A stretch of 64,000 nt of DNA. Origin: Octopus vulgaris (taxonomy: Eukaryota). Positions 54,377 to 64,000 of the stretch are shown piece after piece. The notes under the pieces were generated by a model that saw only the letters and a program-made list of their open reading frames with translations, was not told the DNA's origin and searched no databases. Numbering within the stretch: position 1 is the stretch's first letter; the number at the start of each line of letters is the position of its first letter. The stretch lies in assembly GCA_951406725.2 (NCBI GenBank), contig OX597817.1, positions 31,000,001 to 31,064,000 on the forward strand. The letters run 5' to 3'. Both the position numbers and the translations under genes were made by a program.

Positions 54377-54915
54377 TGATCTTAACTCATTGGAAGTGTT
54401 ATCATGTACATTGTTTGTTGTCTTGGTATAAAAGATGAGCTACAGCAAATATTCTGCTCAATACCAAAGATTTGCTTGTCAGTTGTTTGACCTTAACTCG
54501 TTGAGCATATCCTTTGGTGGGTGATGATACATGCATCTCTGATCACGAGCTGAAGTAGTGGGAGAGGATCATAACCATGTGTTGAGAGGAATTCTTTGGG
54601 CTTGGAATAATTCACTTCTGGAAACATGGATGTTTCGTTCAACATATTTAAACAACCCTTATTCAAGGACCTTTTGGGCGGGATGGGCTACTCAGCCTCA
54701 AGAAACTTCTAACTGGGCCCCACCAGTAAGTTCATACGCTGTTTATCTTGATATGAAGTCACCATATCCCACACATATGGTTGTGGTGCATGTCTCTGGT
54801 TCACCCTTATCAGACGGATAGTCATGATGAGTATACTAGGCTTCATATATTTTAACCCAGTGTCACTTTGATGGCATGCACTGCTTTCTCTTACAGTAAT
54901 AATAATAATAATAAT
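54377..54915 (+). mobile_element. ~520-bp dispersed element ending in (AAT)n
   Basis: 54377-54675 is homologous (inverted) to ~59695-59990. Confidence 0.75.
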
Positions 54916-56004
54916 TTATTGGTCACAAACATCCAAACGCGTTGGGGTGGAGTAAGAACGAACAACAAGATGTAACACAGTGTGGCTTTACATTGATCAG
55001 AATGGGAACTTATATAAAGAAGAGACAAAAAGGAAAAAAGGAACATAAAAAGAGGAGGATAAAGATGAAAAAGGGAAAAACATCCATCTAGACCAAATGA
55101 AGAAACTCCATGTTTCGACGATTACTCTGGCAAACAATATACAAATGTTCTCTCTTACTTGTCAATCTTCGGTCTACAGGCACATACAGAGAATTGGTCC
55201 ATTCATGTGAATCATTTCGCTACCCTCCCCCAACTTTACTGGAGACATTATCCACACCAGCTAGGAGAAGATATCTACTCCACCAGTCAGCAATGCTAGA
55301 ATACACAAATGCGTACATACAGAAACTACTGTAAATGGAAGTCATCCGGTCTTTGAACACGGGACAGAAATTAATGGAGAGATGGATATAGGATGGAGAG
55401 AGCAGACGGTAGAAGTGCGCCTCCCAGTGGTAGGGATGACTCTGAATCTGAGGGTTCCTTCGTTACTTCTGAGAGGCATTCCTCCTGTAGTGGGATGCTA
55501 TTGTTATAATCGTTGCTATCATGAAAATGTAAATCCCCACTATCTTTTGTCTTTGTATTTTATGCATGTATGTGCGTGCTTAATTAAGTTTAATATTCTA
55601 AATAAATTTTAAGAATAACAACAGAACATTTACTGGTAAATACTAAAAGCATATTAAAAGCAGAGTTAAATGTTTAGAATTCGTTTCGAGTGAAACTTTG
55701 CTAGACGGTTGGCATAATCCGAGTGATGAAACGTAAAAGTGATCTTTATAAGAGATTTCGAAGTTTTATCTGTTCTCGGCATAGACAGACAGGCGAGTGG
55801 CAAGTCCTCGAAGTTATTGTTAATAAAAATAGAATTATTAAACATAATATATTCGAAGTTCTGAAGAAACTTTAAGGTGATGTACACTCAGCTCTGAGTG
55901 CACTGCAACATGTAGCAGAAACAGCTGTAAGCTAATGAAGGTGATTACGCAACTTTTGTTTCCTTAACATTTACTTCACTTCGTATATATATCTATATAT
56001 GTAT

Positions 56005-56202
56005 AGCTGAAATTTACAGAAAAACAAAAGATGAAGACAGGTGTATGAACAACAAGCAGGTGTATAGTTTGACACTCGGGAAAGTGACCAAGTCTTTTAC
56101 GTTTCTAGCCTACGCTCTTCAACAGAAAGGAATATTAGGAAATAATCAGGGAGAGAATGAAAGGGCTTGTCGATTTAGCGATCAGTCATGGCAACTGGTT
56201 GG

Positions 56203-56204
<2 letters not shown>
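56005..56204 (-). mobile_element. Hammerhead-bearing short element, family H2
   Basis: cttt-CTGTTGA-A-GAGC-GTAG-GCTA-GAAACGTA-aaag at 56094-56129. Confidence 0.65.
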
Positions 56205-56258
<54 letters not shown>

Positions 56259-56261
56259 TAT

Positions 56262-56299
<38 letters not shown>

Positions 56300-56313
56300 G
56301 TATAAATAAATAA

Positions 56314-56359
<46 letters not shown>

Positions 56360-56562
56360 TTAATCTAAACATGAAAACACAATGAGAAAACACAACAGCG
56401 CGAGGACGTGGAACAAGTATAGTGTTATTGGACGCTCAGGAAAGGAAAGAAAGAAGGAGGATTTAACGTTTCGAGCGGAGCTCTTCGTCAAAAGCATAGA
56501 AAAAGGAAAGGTCCAAGGAAGGGCAGACGGAGGAAAAAAAATCACCAACGATACACACGCGG

Positions 56563-56565
<3 letters not shown>
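56360..56565 (-). mobile_element. Hammerhead-bearing short element, family H1
   Basis: tt-TTGACGA-A-GAGC-TCC-GCTC-GAAACGTT-aaa at 56462-56493. Confidence 0.65.
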
Positions 56566-56752
<187 letters not shown>

Positions 56753-57216
56753 CAAAAATCAACAAGAAAGTAAATAGTTGTGCATTATACAGTACCTCTA
56801 CTCATAAATTCATACTCATATCTTTATGCTTCAGGCCTGTCTCCCACTTTTTGATAAAAATGGAAAATCTATACAGTTGCTGTTACTTAGTAATAACTTT
56901 ATTTTCATATTCTTGCTTAAGACAAGATAATATTGTAGAGCGAAAAAAATCCATCGATATTTCGTCACCAAGGTAGGTGATAATATTTTTGAAAGATTAT
57001 TGGAATCCTTTAAAGACAGTGTTTCACATCGTATATTCATGAAAAATTCTTAATAGGACAGGCTATTTTATTTTTCTTATTTTTTTCCTTAATACTAAAA
57101 GACTAATCAGCTTAACTGACCAAACACCTACTAAAATGTTTCTCTAACTTTTCGTCAAAGAAAAGATTGGGAAGTAAATAACAGAAACTTTGGTCTCATA
57201 CAAGCTCCCCACCCCC

Positions 57217-57226
57217 GCACACACAC

Positions 57227-57257
<31 letters not shown>

Positions 57258-57309
57258 AGCACATACACACACACACACGTATGCACACACTCACACACAC
57301 ACACAAGCA

Positions 57310-57341
<32 letters not shown>

Positions 57342-57345
57342 AGCA

Positions 57346-57377
<32 letters not shown>

Positions 57378-57644
57378 AGCACGCATACACACACACACAA
57401 AAACACGCGCACGCACGTACACACACTCACACACACACACAAGCACATACACACATTCAGAGAGAGAGACAGACAGAAATAGAGAGCGAATAAGCAGGTC
57501 AAGTCAGATGTACACATGTATACACCCATGAAATATATGTGTGTGTGTGTGTGCATGCATGTGTGTGTGTGTGTGTATGTGTGTGCATGCATATGTGTGT
57601 GTGTGCATGCATATGTGTGTTTGTGTGTGTGTGTGCATGCATAT

Positions 57645-57678
<34 letters not shown>
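57217..57678. repeat. CA-rich tract followed by TG-rich tract
   Basis: Direct; includes higher-order repeat units. Confidence 0.9.
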
Positions 57679-57684
<6 letters not shown>

Positions 57685-58311
57685 AAAAAAATTAAAAAAT
57701 CAATGCTTTTTCCGTTCGGCCAACTGTTTTGAGGTGGAATTAAAGATTATCCGCTCTTTTATTGTTAAATAGATTCTAGAAGAAAAACTACAACTAAATC
57801 TTGTTAAATACTGATAAAGCATGTTTTTGTGAGAGCAGCAAGAACATTGTTAACATACCCTCATGGTTAATCTTTAACCTTCGGCATTTGAGAATATCAG
57901 ACGGTCTGTTTATTTTCGCTAGAAAATTTATTTTACTTATATCACATTTTCCTGCTTCGTCAATTGACCGCGAATAAATCATTCATTTGGTTATTGGATT
58001 TCAGACCCGTATTGTAACGAATATTTGAATTTTCCGGACGATCGATTTGAATAAAGAAAGCAAGGGTAAATATATCCTAAACCGAAATAGGTTTTAAGGA
58101 CAAGTTCTTATCTCCAGTTTTACGCCACTATATAATAATCGGAAATAACCATTCCCTTTCTTTACTAAACAGAGTTCTTTCCTAGTTCACGTGTCAGTCC
58201 TCTTTTTCCGGGGACATATTGCCGGAAATTTAGTCTACTGTCGAAAGCCGCCTATTGTGAATTTTATCATCATCATCGCCGTCGTCGTCGTCGTTGTTGA
58301 TGTTATGATAT

Positions 58312-59250
58312 AAGGCGGCGAGCTGGCAGAATCGTTAGCGCGCTGGGCGAAATGCTTAGCGGTATTTCGTCTGCCGTTACGTTCTGAGTTCAAATTCCGC
58401 CGAGGTCCACTTTGCCTTTCATCCTTCCGGGGTCGATTAAATAAATACCAGTTACGCACTGGGGTCGATGTAATCGACTTAATCCGTTTGTCTGTCCTTG
58501 TTTGTCCTCTTTGTGTTTAGCCCCTTGTGGGTAGTAAAAAAATAGAAATAGGTAATTCGTCTGCCGCTACGTTCTGAGTTCAAATTCCGCCGTGGTCGAC
58601 TTTGCCTTTCATCCTTCCGGGGTCGATTAAATTAAGTACCAGTTACGCACTGGGGTCGAAGTAATCGACTTAATCCGTTTGTCTGTCCTTGTTTGTCCTC
58701 TCTGTGTTTAGCCCCCTGTGGGTAGTAAAGAAATAGGTATTTCGATCGTCTCTACTTTCTGATTTCAAATCCCAACGAGGTCTACTTTGCCTTTCATCCT
58801 TCCGGGGTCGATTAAATAAGTACCAGTTACGCACTGGGGATGATGTAATCGACTTAATCCGTTTGTCTGTCCTTGTTTATCCTATCTGTGTTTAGCCCCC
58901 TGTGGGTAGTAAAGAAATGGGTATTTCGATCGTCTCTACGTTCTGATTTCGAATTCCACCGAGGTCTACTTTCCCTTTTATCCTTTCGAAGTCGATAAAA
59001 TAAATACGAGTTGATATAGGCGGCGAGCTGGCAGAATTGTTAGCACGTCGGGTGAAATGCTTAGCGTTATTTCGTCTGCCGCTACGTTCTGAGTTCAAAT
59101 TCCGCCGAGGTCCACTTTGCCTTTCATCCTTTCGGGGTCGATAAATAAAGTACCAGTTTCGCACTGGGGTCGTTGTAATCGACTTAATCCCTTTGTCTGT
59201 CCTTATTTGTCCCCTCTATGTTTAGCCCCTTGTGGGCAATAAAGAAATAT
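58312..59250 (+). mobile_element. SINE family B multimer plus a second full monomer (about 59016-59250)
   Basis: Units restart at 58362/58552/58737/58921. Confidence 0.88.
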
Positions 59251-59314
59251 ATAATCGATGTAATCGACTTACTCCTTCCCCGCAAAATTGCTGGTCTTGT
59301 GTCAAAACTTGGAA

Positions 59315-60028
59315 ATTATTTTTGAAGACGTTGCACAGTATCCAATCCAATACTACGATGTTGTAGATTGATGATATTGTGTCTACTGGGGGTTTGTACT
59401 GTCTGTCAAATCTCAACATAGGACCTCAGACAGACAGTACTTTACGCCGTATGCGTGTAGTTCCAAGTACAGTCGATTTTTGCAATACACCAATTTTGTA
59501 GGGTGTTTATAAAGTGTCCAGATGTTTCCTCAGGCTGGAATGTTCCGGTGATAATAGGAACAACCTGAATGTTTTACTCTCGCAGCCGAAACATCTTAGC
59601 GATCTCAGTTTTCAGATCTCCATATTTGTCGACCATTTGTCTTTCATGATAATATGTTGATCTCTTGGCCCCGCCACGTCGATTATTAGGCACAAAAGAT
59701 CCTTCAATAAGGGTTGTTTAAGGATGTTGAACGAAACACCCATGTTTCCAGAGGTGAATTATTCAAACCCCAATGAATCTCTCTCAACACATGGCTATGA
59801 TGCACCGCCATTACTTCTGCTCGTGATCAGAGATGCACATATCGTCAGCCACAAAGGGACATGTTCAACTGGTTATGGTCAAACAACTGACAAGCAAATC
59901 TGTAGTATTGAGCAGAATATTTGCTGTAGCCCATCTTTTATACCAACACAAAACAATGTACATGATAACACTTCCAATGAGTTAAGCTCAGAAGCCACGA
60001 GAGCCACTGCCTGGTAATGCATCAGGGC
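59315..60028 (-). mobile_element. R4/Dong-like non-LTR derivative: repeat 5' part fused to a restriction-like endonuclease C-terminus
   Basis: CLIIDVAGPRD..K...DKYGDLKTEI...IQVVPIITG..LQKSTVLGTTRI.RKVL*; (AAT)n upstream, AATAAT downstream. Confidence 0.7.
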
Positions 60029-60029
60029 C

Positions 60030-60030
<1 letters not shown>

Positions 60031-60096
<66 letters not shown>
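60031..60096. repeat. (TTA)n microsatellite
   Basis: Direct. Confidence 0.95.
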
Positions 60097-60097
<1 letters not shown>

Positions 60098-62394
60098 TAT
60101 ACGCACAATAGATTTGACTATTGGAAAGAAAAATTCCTAATATCGGGCTGCAACGAGTAACCTTAGATGCCAAGAAACCTCCTAAGTACCCTTGCTATCT
60201 AATGCACTTATAACTGGGATACATTTTGCCCGCACTATCCATAGTCTCAGTAATTTAATGGCTAGATCCTGGTACTTTGGTATTTTTCCTATACACCTCA
60301 TATTGATTTTTTCATCTATCGTCACCATCATCATTATGATAATTATTCAAAAACCTATGAAACTTTTGGATAATTCTGTATCAATTCTCTTCAACGTCTT
60401 TTGCATGTTCAATTTTCTTATGTCTTGAGGTGACGAATCGAAATGCCGCTAAGTATTCTGCCCGGCGATTCTGCCAGCTCGCCGCCTTATATCATAACAT
60501 CAACAACGACGACGACGACGACGATGATGATGATGATAAAATTCACAATAGGCGGCTTGTTATATATTTCGACAGTAGACTAAATTTCCGGTAATATGTC
60601 CCCGGAAAAAGAGGACTGACAAGTGAACTAGGGAAGAACTCTTTTAGTAAAGAAAGGGAATTTCAAATGCAGCCAAGGTCAACTATGCTTTTCATCCTCT
60701 CGGTAATCGGTGAAATGGTAAACGGAATGCCTTACCATATCTGTTCAGGCTTTTTTTCGTTCTGATGCAATGCCTACGATGAGACACTAGTTGCTAAGTT
60801 GTATCAACTCTCACTTCTCCGTTACGTAACATCTATGATGTGGAGATGAGAGATACGTATGCAGGGGCAACTATTAGTCTTTCTTAAAATAATCTTGCAC
60901 GGGCCTTTTCCTTGGAGAGTAATTTCTCAGGTGCTGGTCTTCAATTAGATGAAAATTACGGAGAAAAACTTAGAAAATGTATCACTTGAAGTGTAATGTA
61001 AAGAATAGTAAAATTATTAATGCATATAGTCCGGTATAATATAAAATGAACGATTATAACTAGATGCAGTTACCTTTTCTTCTAAAGCCTGATTTTGTAA
61101 TGACGAAAATATGGCAATTTATCTATTTTATTTACATCTTGTTCAAAAACAAATCAATCAATATGCTACCACAGAAATTGATGCCAATATGTCAAATTAC
61201 TCTCCAGAAATTTAATCCAACCAATGCAATCAAAACTTACTAAATGCTATTGCATGCGGCAAAGAGTATCATATCTCCAAAGACCTAAATGTTATTTTCA
61301 TTGCAGATATTCTTTTCATTTATTATTCTATTTTCAATACAGATTCCCTAATGTTAATGACAGTAGGTGAGAAGAAATATTCAAATATGTCAAAGGAAGA
61401 AAAAATAGAATTATCGAGTAATAACGGGGTAGAATTTATCTTAGAATCCGATTGACGAATTATGAAGTAAAACACTAGGGGAAATCAGTCGTTTCGCTTG
61501 ATATTTTAAGTTCTAGTTTCAAACAATATTTTATTCATATTACGTGTGTGTGATATAAATATAATTCATTTTGTAAATGTTTTCTAATCTGCGGTATATT
61601 CGTATCACTATGTTATTAATGCTAGTAGCTGTAGGGGAATGAGGAAATGAATCGAATTTGCAATGTTCATTTGTTTTTTGTTTTTTTTTTTTTTTTTTTT
61701 TTTCGTTTCTAATTTTTTCGTTTTTTTTTTTCAAGATCATTAGAGACATAGATAAATGGAAATATCCATAACTAGTTGGATACTGAACTTCTGTTGCCAG
61801 TGGCGCATATTTATTCTCAAGCGTTGATTAAAGAACTGATTATTAAAGGTAAGGCTTCCAATGGCTGCTTAAAAAACTAAAGAACTCTACAGCATTAGTG
61901 TTGAGCCTGAAACAAACTTTTAGACAATCAAATCTTGAAGATATATTACTCAGATTCAAAACTTCTTTTTTACTAGCTTGGGCAGAGAAGGAAGGCAAGT
62001 ACCTATAAACCGTTTTAGGAATTGCTGCGACTATTAGGGTTGATCCAAGTACCTACAAGTTAATGAAATCTGATAAATATAAACAAATGTCCCAGTGATG
62101 GTCTTAAAACAGGTATTGTATGAAGTTGACTACCCTAGAACAGGAACGGTTCCCCCTACAGGCTTCTCTACAGCTTCTGCCTAAAAAATTCCACCCCCAA
62201 GCTATAGTTTGACCCAAAGTCATTCTAGTCACATTTTTGTGTCTTGTCAATAACGCGCTCCCGAAACGAAGCCCGATGCAAACTAAATCGCTGTCTATGA
62301 CTATATGCAAAATTGTGTGGGAATCATCTGCTGGTGTGTCCCAACGTTTCATGTCACTGAAAAATTTCAGATAATAATGAGTGAATGCATAATG

Positions 62395-62499
62395 CAACTA
62401 CGTGGTGTCGGGCGATATCCAACTGTTTTCTGCCATAGCTTCGAGATGACAACTAACTTGTTCATGTAATTCGGTAGACAGAAACTGTGCTGAAGCCCA

Positions 62500-62579
<80 letters not shown>

Positions 62580-62652
62580 GTACATACATATATATGCACA
62601 AGCATGCATGCATTCATATATACATACATGTGTGCGTGTGCGTGTGTGTGTA
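62395..62652 (+). mobile_element. Degenerate SINE family C fragment plus (CA)/(TA)/(TG) microsatellite
   Basis: GGTAGACAGAAACTG..GAAGCCCATCG followed by a microsatellite, as in family C. Confidence 0.55.
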
Positions 62653-63139
62653 CAATTATAGATTCTAGTCACTCCTTTTTACTACTAGTTTTAAAGGCGC
62701 TCAGAACTGTTCAACGAGGTTAAGATCATTATCGTCAGTTTTGGTTGATTTATCCTTCTACGCCTATATGTTAGTATTTACGTGCTTGGCATTATTCTAC
62801 CGGAGAAAGTAAATCATTATACCGTGTGTAAAATGCTATTCAGCTGCTTAAATATACACGAATAAGATAAAACAAAACAGCCTGAAACTGATACTGAGGT
62901 CGACATAATCGACTAAAACCCTTGGAGACCGTACTTCAGTTTCGTTACAGACAAAAACCAATGAAATTATGATGCTGCTTTTAATCAATCATTTCTTTAT
63001 CCCGGTGACTGTATTTTTCAGAGAGCATATATACTTTCCTACACCCAAAACTTCTTTAAAACAATTACCTAAATTTAAGAATTCTACGGAACCATGGATG
63101 CGAAACAGCAGGGATAACGATCTTTACAAAATTCTATAT

Positions 63140-63559
63140 ATTTCTTTACTGCCCACAAGGAGCTAAACATAGAGGGGGCAAACAAGGACAGACGAATGGA
63201 TTAAGTCGATTACATCGACCCCAGTGCGAAGCTGGTACTTTATTTATCGACCCCGAAAGGATGCAATGCAAAGTCGACCTCGGCGGAATTTGAACTCGGA
63301 ACGTAACGACAGATGAAATACCTGTTTCTTTATTACCCACAAGGGGCTAAACAGAGAGGGGACAAACAAGGACAGACAAAGGGATTAAGTCGATTACATC
63401 GACCCCAGTGCAAAACTGGTACTTTATTTATCGACCCCGAAAGGATGACAGGCAAAGTCGACCTCGCCGGACTTTGAACTCAGAACGTAACAACGACAGA
63501 CGAAATACCGCTAAGCATTTCGCCCGGCGCGCTAACGTTTCTGCCAGCTCGCCACCTTA
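63140..63559 (-). mobile_element. SINE family B dimer
   Basis: Junction at 63315-63329; 17-bp TSD TTTACAA(A/G)ATTCTATAT at 63123-63139 and 63560-63576. Confidence 0.9.
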
Positions 63560-64000
63560 TTTACAAGATTCTATATCTCTAGTAGTGATATTCAGACTGG
63601 AAACTTTTTAAGTCCCTGACAATCACTGTTAAGGCTGTAGGTTCAGAAGCAAGTTGAAAACCTTTTGTATCTCTCGAATAAAATATCTGATCAGAGTGCA
63701 GGATTCCTCCTAAACTGCATTAAAGAAATCCAAAGACGAAGAGTTGATATTACTCTGCAAAGTATGTGAGCTTGATAAAATCAACAATACAGACGTTGTC
63801 TAACATCTTGAATTCTGTGAATCGCCTGTTTGAACGGAATACGTTCGCAAACATCTTGGCGAGTTACTCAAGGAACTCTTACTGCACAAGTTGATGTAAG
63901 GTACCACGTTTTCTATGGAACTATTAAAATTCTATTTTGATATGCTAAACGACACGTGACAAGAACATAAATAATGAAAATAGCCTCGTGGCAACGTAGA

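Larger units (their letters stand above)
58151..60661. repeat. Inverted duplication: ~220-bp arms 58151-58369 and 60439-60661
   Basis: Unique flank, (ATC)/(GTC) repeat and SINE-B head are present in both orientations. Confidence 0.88.

Noticed and set aside
63600-63900. Possible LINE RT remnant (ELLLHKL)
   Set aside because: A single weak motif with many stops; it cannot be supported without a profile search.

Overview
AT-rich eukaryotic non-coding DNA, probably intronic or intergenic. The dense (TA)n/(CA)n/(TACA)n/(GATA)n microsatellites and the tRNA-derived SINE families point to a cephalopod (Octopus-like) genome; this is inferred from the repeat content. I find no intact protein-coding gene: most ORFs in the track are microsatellite or SINE artefacts. 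The window holds several SINE families, many with target-site duplications (TSDs), and a DD37E Tc1-type transposon split by a CR1-like LINE. It also has mariner remnants (one folded back with two 5' ends), an R4/Dong-like fragment, Helitron/HINE-like elements, a tRNA-His(GTG)-like gene and three large inverted repeats. Two observations stand out. First, one SINE family occurs at three loci as multimers of a head-less ~184-bp unit with the same junction, and at two of them a single TSD pair brackets the whole multimer, which suggests a pseudo-circular RNA template. Second, several short cassettes set in microsatellites carry minimal hammerhead-ribozyme motifs of Penelope type. All coordinates were read by eye and are approximate.
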